Positions 18,021-26,485 of a stretch of 47,728 bases of DNA are shown one piece after another (position 1 is the stretch's first letter; every line of letters starts with the position of its first letter). This DNA comes from Anaerolineaceae bacterium (GTDB lineage: Bacteria > Chloroflexota > Anaerolineae > Anaerolineales > Anaerolineaceae). Position numbers and translations under genes: made by a program. The stretch is taken from positions 1-47,728 of the forward strand of contig JBDKSY010000081.1 of assembly GCA_039680395.1 (NCBI GenBank), read 5' to 3'. The notes below the pieces were generated by a model. It saw only the letters and a program-made list of their open reading frames with translations, did not search any database and was not told the DNA's origin.

Positions 18021-19232
18021 ATGCCATCTCAGGAAAAAATCAGAACTCTTTTGGTTGATGATATTACTGAGACAAGAGAGAATCTAAGAAGACTTCTTCA
18101 ATTCGATGTAAGCATTGAAGTCATAGGTGAGGCGCGTGGTGGCAGAGAAGCCATTGAATTAGCGGCGAAATTAAAACCCGAAGTTGTCGTTATGGATATC
18201 AATATGCCAGATATGGATGGCATCCAGGCAACAGAAGGTATTCGGAAAAAAGTACCCTATTGTCAGGTCATTATTCTCTCTGTTCAAAATGACATGCAGT
18301 ACATGCGCCGTGCAATGGTGGTGGGAGCACGTGATTTCCTAACAAAACCGCCAACCATTGACGAGCTCACTATTGCAGTTCATCGAGCAGGTGAAACGGC
18401 AAAAGATGAATTTGCCAAATACAATCAAAGCCTTCAACTTGCAGCAACTCCTGGTTCTACAGGAGTTGGCGGTTCGGTAAATGGGAAAATTATTGCTGTT
18501 TATAGCCCTAAAGGTGGTACAGGTTGTACATCAATAGCTACTAATCTTGCGTTGGCAATGGATACCAGCTTAAACAAAGTCGCTCTGGTAGATAGCAGTA
18601 TGCAATATGGCGATATCCCAATTTTTATCAATGAACAATTAAAAAATTCAGTCCTCGATTTGACAGTACATTCAGATGAATTAGACCCAGAATTAGTTCA
18701 GGAAGTTGTTGTCAAGCAGGAAAAAACCGGATTACATGTTCTTGCTGCTCCACCTCGACCAGAGTTGGCAGAAAAAGTAGTAGGTGATCAATTTGGTCAG
18801 TTGTTAAATTACATGCGAAATTTGTATAACTACATAATTGTAGATACCTCAACCTACTTATCCGAAGCAGTTCAATCCGTATTGGATATCGCAGATGCGA
18901 TCGTCTTGATTACTACTCAAGATATACCTGCTATAAAGAATGCAAGTTCATTTTTATTGCTCGCGGATGCCCTGGGAATTTCGCGTAAAAGAGTTCTCTT
19001 CGTCCTTAACAAGTTCGATCGAAGGGTTGCCATTCTACCCGAACGTATTACCGTAAACCTGAAACAAGAAGTAATTCTTTCCATTCCATTGGATGATCGC
19101 TTCATTAGCAATTCGATCAATCGTGGAATTCCATTATTTTTAGAAAATAAAACTCATCCATTCAGCAAAAGTATGATTACATTGGCAGAAATGGTCAAAC
19201 AAAGGCTGGAAACATTGGAAGGTACATTTTAA
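18021..19232 (+). CDS. cpaE: CpaE/TadZ-type pilus assembly protein: response-regulator receiver plus ParA/MinD-like ATPase domain
   Basis: Start ATG 18021. The receiver carries all canonical residues (LLVDD, VVVMDINMPDMDG, ILSV, LTKP). The ATPase-like domain has the deviant Walker A KGGTGCTS. Confidence 0.85.
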   Translation: MPSQEKIRTLLVDDITETRENLRRLLQFDVSIEVIGEARGGREAIELAAKLKPEVVVMDINMPDMDGIQATEGIRKKVPYCQVIILSVQNDMQYMRRAMVVGARDFLTKPPTIDELTIAVHRAGETAKDEFAKYNQSLQLAATPGSTGVGGSVNGKIIAVYSPKGGTGCTSIATNLALAMDTSLNKVALVDSSMQYGDIPIFINEQLKNSVLDLTVHSDELDPELVQEVVVKQEKTGLHVLAAPPRPELAEKVVGDQFGQLLNYMRNLYNYIIVDTSTYLSEAVQSVLDIADAIVLITTQDIPAIKNASSFLLLADALGISRKRVLFVLNKFDRRVAILPERITVNLKQEVILSIPLDDRFISNSINRGIPLFLENKTHPFSKSMITLAEMVKQRLETLEGTF

Positions 19233-19256
19233 TCTGCCACTTGGGAGTAGCTATCA

Positions 19257-20672
19257 ATGTCAATTTTAAAGAGAATTCAGAACGGGGAAAGTAAGCCAGG
19301 CAATCCTGCAACAGCTTCTTCGCCTGTTCCGCCCCAAACACCTCATCAACCTCAACAACCAACATTGCAGGCGCGTCGAATCACAGCGCCAACTTCCAAC
19401 ATCGGGCAGGACACTTATCAGGATTTAAAGACACGAGTACAGAACAAATTGCTTGCTGGTTTGGATCCCAGCATGGATGTCACGAAAACCGCAGAAGTTC
19501 GAACCACAATTCAGGAACTTTTTGAATCTATCCTGAATGAAGAGAATATTATCCTCACCCGGCCAGAAAGAGCCAGACTCTTTGAGCAGATTTCCGCTGA
19601 AATCCTTGGCTTTGGTCCAATTCAACCGCTGCTCGAAGATGACTCCATTACCGAAGTCATGGTAAACGGCGCAAAGAATATCTACATTGAGCGTAAAGGG
19701 AAAATTTACCGGGTCCCTTTAAGTTTCGAATCAAATGCCCATGTAATGCGCATTGTTGACAGAATTGTTGCTCCTCTTGGGCGTCGCGTAGATGAATCCA
19801 GTCCTTATGTAGATGCTCGTCTACCTGATGGTTCTCGTGTAAATGTGATCATTCCCCCCATTTCTCTGGTGGGACCTGTTATTACCATTCGTAAATTCGC
19901 ACGAGACCCCATCACCGTTGACCAACTTATCGAATATGGTACTGCAACACCCGAGGTTATTGAATTTCTTAAAGCATGCGTACAATCCCGCTTAAATGTT
20001 GTCATTTCAGGTGGTACTGGTTCAGGAAAGACCACTTTACTCAATATCCTTTCCAGTTTCATTCCTGCGGATGAACGCATTGTAACAATCGAAAATGCAG
20101 CAGAGTTGCAACTCCGTCAGGAACATGTAGTCACGCTTGAATCAAGACCACCAAACATTGAAAACAAAGGGGAAATCACCATTCGTCAATTGGTTGTCAA
20201 TGCCCTGCGTATGCGCCCTGACCGCATCATTGTTGGTGAAATTCGTGACGAAGCAGCCATTGATATGTTGCAGGCCATGAACACAGGTCATGACGGGTCA
20301 ATGACCACCCTTCACTCCAATGGACCTCGTGATACACTTGCACGTCTTGAAACTATGACCTTGATGGCAGGTATGGACCTCCCTGTACGTGCTATTCGTG
20401 AACAGGTAGCATCCGCAATTGACCTGATCGTCCACCAGGAACGCTTACGTGATGGAACCAGAAAGATTGCATCACTTTCTGAAGTTGTAGGCATGGAAGG
20501 CGATATCATTACGATGACAGAGGTCTTTGCCTTCGAACAAACCGGTTTGGATAATGGACATATTTTAGGAAGATTACGCGCAACAGGGCTTCGTCCGAAA
20601 TTCATGGAAAAAATAGAGGCATCTGGCATCTCACTTCCGCCCAGTATTTTTGGAATAGGTGTACGAAGATAA
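19257..20672 (+). CDS. cpaF: CpaF/TadA secretion ATPase
   Basis: 471 aa with Walker [31 protein letters not shown] and [13 protein letters not shown]. Confidence 0.95.
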   Translation: MSILKRIQNGESKPGNPATASSPVPPQTPHQPQQPTLQARRITAPTSNIGQDTYQDLKTRVQNKLLAGLDPSMDVTKTAEVRTTIQELFESILNEENIILTRPERARLFEQISAEILGFGPIQPLLEDDSITEVMVNGAKNIYIERKGKIYRVPLSFESNAHVMRIVDRIVAPLGRRVDESSPYVDARLPDGSRVNVIIPPISLVGPVITIRKFARDPITVDQLIEYGTATPEVIEFLKACVQSRLNVVISGGTGSGKTTLLNILSSFIPADERIVTIENAAELQLRQEHVVTLESRPPNIENKGEITIRQLVVNALRMRPDRIIVGEIRDEAAIDMLQAMNTGHDGSMTTLHSNGPRDTLARLETMTLMAGMDLPVRAIREQVASAIDLIVHQERLRDGTRKIASLSEVVGMEGDIITMTEVFAFEQTGLDNGHILGRLRATGLRPKFMEKIEASGISLPPSIFGIGVRR

Positions 20673-20686
20673 TGCAGAGGTATTGA

Positions 20687-21655
20687 ATGAACCTCAGTCC
20701 CATTCTAATATTAGGCATTGGTGGTGGTTTCGCAATCATTTTGTTGGTTGTTGGCATCGCCGTATCAGTCAAGCGCGATAAATCCCTTGTTGATGAACGC
20801 CTGGGAAAATACGTTGATAAAACGCAACAGGTTGTTGATAAAAAGCAATCAACATCTGTCGTAACAGAATGGATTGATCGTAAAGTAGAAGGCTCCAGCA
20901 CTGGAGACAAGATAAGAAAGAATCTCGCACGTGCTGACCTGAAAATGAAAACCGGTGAGTATATTGCCCTCATCGTGATCTGTGTAATTCTATTGGCATT
21001 CCTGGGATATTTTATTGGCGGTCGTTCTATCATTGTTTTCATCATTGGTGGAGTAATTGGTGGTTTCTTACCCGGGATCTATGTGCGTAGTCAGCAAAAG
21101 AAACGTCTGGTTCATTTCAATGATCAATTGGGTGATATGCTCAATTTAATGGTGAACGGTTTACGTGCAGGATATTCCACCATGCAAGCAATGGAATCCG
21201 TTAGCCGTGAACTACCCAGCCCAATATCTGATGAATTCCGCAGGGTAGTTCAAGAAATGCAACTGGGTATTTCTATGGAAATAGCACTAGACAATCTATT
21301 ACGCCGTATTCCCAGTGATGACCTTGATCTCATTATTACTGCAATAAATGTTCAACGTGAAGTTGGTGGTAACCTGGCTGAAATTCTCGATACGATTTCG
21401 TATACGATACGTGAAAGAGTCAGGATCAAAGGAGAGATCCGGGTGTTGACAACCCAGGTGATGTATTCTGGCAGATTCCTTTCATTCTTACCTTTAATTG
21501 TTATGGCCATTCTTTATATGGTTAACAGACCTTACCTGATGGAATTCTTTTCTAAGAGTAGCGGAATTTGCGGGTATGTTGCATTAGGTCTGGCAGCAAT
21601 TTTGATCGTATTCGGATATATGGCAATGAACAAACTGGGTGATATTGAGGTTTAG
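20687..21655 (+). CDS. tadB: TadB (T2SS-F family inner-membrane platform protein)
   Basis: 322 aa with TM helices flanking a GspF-type cytoplasmic domain (LPDMLNLMVNGLRAGYS...ALDNL). It follows cpaF after a 14-nt gap. Confidence 0.85.
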   Translation: MNLSPILILGIGGGFAIILLVVGIAVSVKRDKSLVDERLGKYVDKTQQVVDKKQSTSVVTEWIDRKVEGSSTGDKIRKNLARADLKMKTGEYIALIVICVILLAFLGYFIGGRSIIVFIIGGVIGGFLPGIYVRSQQKKRLVHFNDQLGDMLNLMVNGLRAGYSTMQAMESVSRELPSPISDEFRRVVQEMQLGISMEIALDNLLRRIPSDDLDLIITAINVQREVGGNLAEILDTISYTIRERVRIKGEIRVLTTQVMYSGRFLSFLPLIVMAILYMVNRPYLMEFFSKSSGICGYVALGLAAILIVFGYMAMNKLGDIEV

Positions 21656-21674
21656 CTCCGCATCGGAGGCTTGT

Positions 21675-22625
21675 ATGATCGGTGTAATCGTTATTCTTCT
21701 CATAATTCTAATCGGGGGTGGTGCTTTAGTTTATATCGGGATTCGTGCCCCCCAGAACAGCGATGATGATCTGATTCAAGAGCGTCTTGAAGAGTTTCTT
21801 CAAAAAGGCGAACAGGTAGACCTCGAAAAACTCGAAATGTCTCGTCCTTTCACTGAAAGAGTACTTTATCCAGTTGCAAGAAAACTGGGACAGGTAGCTG
21901 CGAAATTTACTCCTCAAAATGCCCTAAATTCAATCGCTATGCAATTGGAGAGAGCAGGAAACCCTGGCCGGTTGGATCCAACTCTGTTCCTGGCTCTTCA
22001 ATTTATTGCCCTGGTATTCTTTGGCGGCGTCATATTACTGGTATTTTCAGTCGGACAAACAAAAATGCCGTTTGGGCGGATACTGCTTTTCGCTCTCCTA
22101 TTTGGTATGTTGGGTTTCTTCTTCCCTCGATTATGGGTGACCAGCAAGATCAATCGTCGTCAAAAATCCATTCGAAGAGCGCTGCCAGATGCATTGGATC
22201 TTTTAACCATTTGTGTTGAAGCTGGCTTGGGTTTTGATGCCGCTATGCAAAAAGTAAGTAACAAATGGGAAACGGAATTATCACTTGCCTTTGCGAGAGT
22301 AATTAAAGAAGTACAGTTAGGAAAACTAAGAAGAGATGCACTGCGAGATATGTCCGATAAAATTGGTATCCCTGAATTAACCAGTTTTGTCGCAGCAGTG
22401 ATCCAGAGTGAGCAATTGGGTGTCAGTTTAGCAAAAGTTCTCCGAATTCAATCTGATCAAATGCGAATGAAACGACGGCAGCATGCTGAAGAGGAAGCAC
22501 ACAAAGCCCCAGTAAAAATGTTGATCCCAATGGTGCTCTTGATATTTCCTTCACTGATAATTGTATTGCTTACACCAGCCGCACTCAAATTAATGAGCTC
22601 ATCATTAGGCAGTATGTTTAAATAA
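21675..22625 (+). CDS. tadC: TadC (T2SS-F family platform protein)
   Basis: Start ATG 21675 with GGAGG upstream. Contains ALPDALDLLTICVEAGLGFDAAM and multiple TM helices. Confidence 0.85.
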   Translation: MIGVIVILLIILIGGGALVYIGIRAPQNSDDDLIQERLEEFLQKGEQVDLEKLEMSRPFTERVLYPVARKLGQVAAKFTPQNALNSIAMQLERAGNPGRLDPTLFLALQFIALVFFGGVILLVFSVGQTKMPFGRILLFALLFGMLGFFFPRLWVTSKINRRQKSIRRALPDALDLLTICVEAGLGFDAAMQKVSNKWETELSLAFARVIKEVQLGKLRRDALRDMSDKIGIPELTSFVAAVIQSEQLGVSLAKVLRIQSDQMRMKRRQHAEEEAHKAPVKMLIPMVLLIFPSLIIVLLTPAALKLMSSSLGSMFK

Positions 22626-22638
22626 AGAGAGCCAAAAT

Positions 22639-23448
22639 ATGATTAACCTGCTGGCGGGAAAGAAAACCCATCCAGCTCTACTTATTTATCACTTCTTATG
22701 GCAGGTAGCAGATTGGCTGTTCCCTCCATACTGTGCAGGTTGCGGTACTTTTGGAAGTCGGTGGTGCGCGGTATGCGAAGAAAGTATTCAACCCATCAAG
22801 CCTCCTTTATGCAAAATTTGTGGCCAACCTTCTCAGTCCAGTGAAATTTGTGGTGCATGTCAATCTTCACCTCCTGCCTTCACATCATTACAGGCTATTG
22901 CTGCATATACTGGGTCATTCAGAAAAGCAATTTTGCAGTTAAAATTTAAAAACGATCTTGGAATAAGCGAGATTTTCGCACAGAAGCTCGCACGACGTAT
23001 AATAAAAGTAGATTGGCATCCTGATTTGGTAGTAGCGGTACCTTTGAGTAAACAGCACCAAAAAACCAGAGGTTTTAATCAAGCAGAATTATTGGCAAAA
23101 CCTCTCTCCTGGTTAATTCATGTCCAATATATTCCCGATGCAATAACGCGCATAAAACCTACCTCGTTTCAGGTAGGCTTAACTTCAAACCAAAGAAAAA
23201 TGAATGTCAGCAATGCATTCCTGGCAATACCAGAATTGGTATCTGGGAAAACAGTACTTCTGGTTGATGATATTGCTACTACCTGTTCCACAATGGATTC
23301 ATGCAGTCGGGCTCTGATCACAGCGGGAGCAAAACAAGTTTATGCAATTTGTCTTGCAAGAGCTGTACTTGACCAGGATATTTCAATAGATGCATCTTCC
23401 TTGGAGAAGAATTCTCCTCTCCAATATTCATCTTATTTAGGAGGCTGA
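22639..23448 (+). CDS. comFC: ComF-family protein (ComFC; zinc-finger plus phosphoribosyltransferase-like domain)
   Basis: 269 aa. N-terminal CxxC pairs (CAGC..CAVC..CKIC..CGAC), RGFNQAELLA, and the PRT motif VLLVDDIATTCST. It starts 13 nt after tadC. Confidence 0.85.
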   Translation: MINLLAGKKTHPALLIYHFLWQVADWLFPPYCAGCGTFGSRWCAVCEESIQPIKPPLCKICGQPSQSSEICGACQSSPPAFTSLQAIAAYTGSFRKAILQLKFKNDLGISEIFAQKLARRIIKVDWHPDLVVAVPLSKQHQKTRGFNQAELLAKPLSWLIHVQYIPDAITRIKPTSFQVGLTSNQRKMNVSNAFLAIPELVSGKTVLLVDDIATTCSTMDSCSRALITAGAKQVYAICLARAVLDQDISIDASSLEKNSPLQYSSYLGG

Positions 23449-23449
23449 A

Positions 23450-24016
23450 ATGACTCTGAAAGTTGACGTTTATACCCGTAATTTAGAATTAACTGACCAA
23501 ATGAATGAGTACGTTACTAAGAAAGTCTCCAAACTTGATAGGTTTCTGAACAATATTGACGAAACAAGGGTTGATCTCGGTTTTTCTAAATCAGCCCGAA
23601 GCGCAAATGACCGATATTCTGCGCAAATCACAATACGCGGTCGAGGTTTCATCCTGCGAACGGAGGAAAGAGCAGACGATATTTTTGAGGCAGTGGATGA
23701 ATCGCTGGATAAAATTGAACGTCAGATAGAACGATATAAAGGGAAAAGAGCCCGTGGACGTGGTGATGGAACCCCTGCTTCACAGGTAGTTGAGCAACTG
23801 ATTCCTGCAGAAGAGGAAGGCATCGAAGAACCTGTCATTGTCCGCAGAAAGGCTTTCACATTAGTTCCAATGGATGAACATGAGGCTTTAGAGCAAATGG
23901 CATTACTGGGGCACGAAAACTTCTTTGTCTTCTATAACGCCAATACCAGCAAGATTAATATCCTTTACCGCCGGCTGGATGGCACGTATGGTTTGATTGA
24001 GCCATCCATTGGATAA
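23450..24016 (+). CDS. hpf: Ribosome hibernation-promoting factor, long form
   Basis: 188 aa: an N-terminal S30AE domain and a C-terminal dimerisation domain (FFVFYNANTSKINILYRRLDGTYGLIEP). It starts 1 nt after the comFC stop. Confidence 0.95.
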   Translation: MTLKVDVYTRNLELTDQMNEYVTKKVSKLDRFLNNIDETRVDLGFSKSARSANDRYSAQITIRGRGFILRTEERADDIFEAVDESLDKIERQIERYKGKRARGRGDGTPASQVVEQLIPAEEEGIEEPVIVRRKAFTLVPMDEHEALEQMALLGHENFFVFYNANTSKINILYRRLDGTYGLIEPSIG

Positions 24017-24041
24017 CAACTAAATTTCAATCAACACAAAA

Positions 24042-24076
24042 ACAGGTTGCATTGCAATATGCAGCCTGTTTTTCTT
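24042..24076 (+). terminator. Intrinsic terminator ending the flp..hpf transcription unit
   Basis: 11-bp stem ACAGGTTGCAT / ATGCAGCCTGT with a 6-nt loop, followed by TTTTCTT. Confidence 0.8.
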
Positions 24077-24114
24077 AAATTAATTCACCACGTACGCAAG
24101 ATAAGTTGTTTTCC

Positions 24115-24143
24115 TTGCAGCAACCTACTTGCTGGACTATAAT
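24115..24143 (+). promoter_or_regulatory. Predicted efp promoter
   Basis: TTGCAG (24115-24120), a 17-nt spacer, then TATAAT (24138-24143). Confidence 0.55.
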
Positions 24144-24176
24144 GGGACGTTGCAATTTTTCGAAAAAGGATAGCGT

Positions 24177-24740
24177 ATGATTGATGTTAATGATCTTCGT
24201 AAAGGCGTTACATTTGAACTCGATAATTGTTTATATCGCGTTTTAGAATATAGCCATAATAAACCAGGGCGGGGCAATGCCACCATTCGTATCAAAGCCC
24301 GAGACCTGCGCAGTGGTACCACACTGGAAAAGACTTTCCAATCCGGCGATAGAGTTCAAGATGTACGGTTAGACCATCGCATGAGTTCATATCTGTATAA
24401 CGATGGTAATTTCTATTATTTTATGGATATTGAAACCTTCGAACAGACCACTGTTCGCAAAGATACTATTCAAGAGTATGTCGGTTTACTCAAAGAAAAT
24501 ATGGAAGTCAAGCTGACTTTCTACCAGACAGAAGTTGTAGATGTTGAACTTCCTACAACAGTGGATATGAAAGTTATCGAAGCAGAGACTGCCGTTAAAG
24601 GGGATACTGCGACTGGCGTGACAAAAAAGGTGAAAGTCGAAACAGGCCTGGAAGTAATGACACCCTACTTTGTAGTAACTGGGGATATTATTCGTATTGA
24701 TACTCGCACGGGTGGCTATGTAACTCGTGTCAATGGATAA
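24177..24740 (+). CDS. efp: Translation elongation factor P
   Basis: 187 aa, colinear with B. subtilis and E. coli EF-P. The loop reads HNKPGRGNA, so residue 32 is Arg where those two have the modified Lys. Confidence 0.95.
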   Translation: MIDVNDLRKGVTFELDNCLYRVLEYSHNKPGRGNATIRIKARDLRSGTTLEKTFQSGDRVQDVRLDHRMSSYLYNDGNFYYFMDIETFEQTTVRKDTIQEYVGLLKENMEVKLTFYQTEVVDVELPTTVDMKVIEAETAVKGDTATGVTKKVKVETGLEVMTPYFVVTGDIIRIDTRTGGYVTRVNG

Positions 24741-24776
24741 CAGGATATTGCTCTTTCTTGTTATCCTCCCAAAGGG

Positions 24777-25151
24777 ATGACCCTTTCAAAAACGAGTACA
24801 TCTATGCGCACACCATATGGCACAGAGTGCCCCTATTTCTTTGGCGAATATCATCGAGGTCACGACCAGAATCGTTGTGACCTTATTGGTGCTGCTTCGC
24901 CTCCACGGAATTGGACACCATCCTTGTGTAAATCCTGCCAGGTTCCTTCCATCTTACGTGCCAATGGATGTAATCATATGCATCTTTCTGCAGAAGTCCA
25001 ACCTGGCATTTTCCGATTAGGAAGATCGATTAAAGTTACAGCGTACTGTACCAAATCTCACCAGGATGTGAAAGAACCTCATGTAGGTTGTGGGCATTGT
25101 CATGAGCCTATTGATTTTTTAGTAGAAGATACTTCTGGAGACACCAGGTGA
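24777..25151 (+). CDS. Cys-rich hypothetical protein (8 Cys, including CKSC and CGHC pairs)
   Basis: 124-aa ORF, or 115 aa from ATG 24804 (MRTPYGTECPYFFGEYHRG..). It starts 36 nt after efp, and its stop overlaps the next gene's GTG (GTGA). I recognise no family. Confidence 0.6.
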   Translation: MTLSKTSTSMRTPYGTECPYFFGEYHRGHDQNRCDLIGAASPPRNWTPSLCKSCQVPSILRANGCNHMHLSAEVQPGIFRLGRSIKVTAYCTKSHQDVKEPHVGCGHCHEPIDFLVEDTSGDTR

Positions 25152-26341
25152 AAATAACTGTTCTAATTGATCTGGACGATACATTACTTCGCACAGACGA
25201 GTCATTCTTTCCCACTTATATCAAATCACTTGCACAGAAAATAAAAAAGGTTGACCCTGTTCTTTTCTCACAAGAGATGAAGATCATCACAAAGCGCATG
25301 TTGGCAAAAAACACGCCAGCGATGACTATGGAGCAAACTTTTGATTCCTATTTTTATGACGCAATCCATGTCGCTCATAATGAAATCGCAGATGTTCTCA
25401 ATGATTACTACAAAAATGATTATTGCCATCTTCAGAAATTAACAAAACTCTTGCCGGAATCTAAAACCCTTGTGGAGACCGCTTTTGCACTTGGGCACCA
25501 GGTCGTAATCGCAACAAATCCTTTTTTTCCTCGTATAGCAACGATGCAGCGTCTGTCATGGGCTGGCATTCCCATGGAAAAATATCCCTTTAGCATTGTT
25601 TCGACATATGAGAATTTCCATTTTGCCAAACCCAATCCCGCATATTTTACTGAACTTCTTGCCCAGCTTGGATGGCCTTCAGCTCCAGCAATCATGATTG
25701 GAAATCATATGGGAGAAGACATTCTTTCTGCTGATTCACTTGGTTTTCCAACCTTTTTTGTTCAAAGTACAGATAGCTCCAAAAAGGTTGCTACGCATGT
25801 TCTGAGCAGTTCAGGTCCGCTATCAGAAGCTATCTCATGGTTGGAAAAGATTTCATCAGCAGAGTTTTCGAATGACTTTTCGACCATACCTGCAATGACG
25901 AATGTAATGAAATCAACACCTGCAGCATTAGAAACGCTAACAAAAGATATTCCACCTCAAGCTTGGAATCAACGATCAAATGAAAATGAATACTCATTGA
26001 ATGAATTATGCTGCTATTTTCGTGATCTTGATAGAGAAGTTTATCTGCCAGGAATTCAACGTGTGATCACAGAAGCCTATGCAAACTTTCCAAATATTGA
26101 AACAGAAGCCTGGTCTGAAGAAATGGGGTATATTCACCAGAATGGTAAGCTTGCTTTACAGGATTTCTTTGATTCAAGAATGCAGATGATCAATTTGCTT
26201 TCTACCATGAATGACACAACCTGGCAAAGTCAAATAAATTCAGCCAAATATGGGATGATCACTTTTCAGAAGTTAGCTTATAAAATTGTCACTCATGACC
26301 AAGAGCTTCTTCGACAGGTAAAAAAGGGATTAAAGAATTAA
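25148..26341 (+). CDS. HAD-superfamily hydrolase fused to a DinB-like C-terminal helical domain
   Basis: 397 aa. HAD motif I is VLIDLDDTLL, and later HAD motifs are present (VIATN, KPNP, GNHMGEDI). The C-terminal ~170 aa ends ..ITFQKLAYKIVTHDQELLRQV, resembling the DinB_2 four-helix bundle. The C-terminal call is by eye. Confidence 0.7.
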   Translation: MKITVLIDLDDTLLRTDESFFPTYIKSLAQKIKKVDPVLFSQEMKIITKRMLAKNTPAMTMEQTFDSYFYDAIHVAHNEIADVLNDYYKNDYCHLQKLTKLLPESKTLVETAFALGHQVVIATNPFFPRIATMQRLSWAGIPMEKYPFSIVSTYENFHFAKPNPAYFTELLAQLGWPSAPAIMIGNHMGEDILSADSLGFPTFFVQSTDSSKKVATHVLSSSGPLSEAISWLEKISSAEFSNDFSTIPAMTNVMKSTPAALETLTKDIPPQAWNQRSNENEYSLNELCCYFRDLDREVYLPGIQRVITEAYANFPNIETEAWSEEMGYIHQNGKLALQDFFDSRMQMINLLSTMNDTTWQSQINSAKYGMITFQKLAYKIVTHDQELLRQVKKGLKN

Positions 26342-26430
26342 ACATCTTCTATTAATCCTAAATTTTATATGAATTATCTTAATATTTCGAGTAATTGCTT
26401 CTCTTTATGCTACCAGTCGCAAGGATTGCT

Positions 26431-26439
26431 TGGTATAAT
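26431..26439 (+). promoter_or_regulatory. Extended -10 element (TGgTATAAT) upstream of ftsH
   Basis: Read directly. The -35 region is poor (TACCAG). Confidence 0.35.
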
Positions 26440-26485
26440 TTGTCGTAGAGTTCTATTTGTCTGTTAATAGGACCTGGAGGAATAA

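Noticed and set aside
20312-21045. Minus-strand ORFs of 105 and 147 aa opposite cpaF and tadB.
   Set aside because: They are antisense to well-supported tad genes and have no start context.
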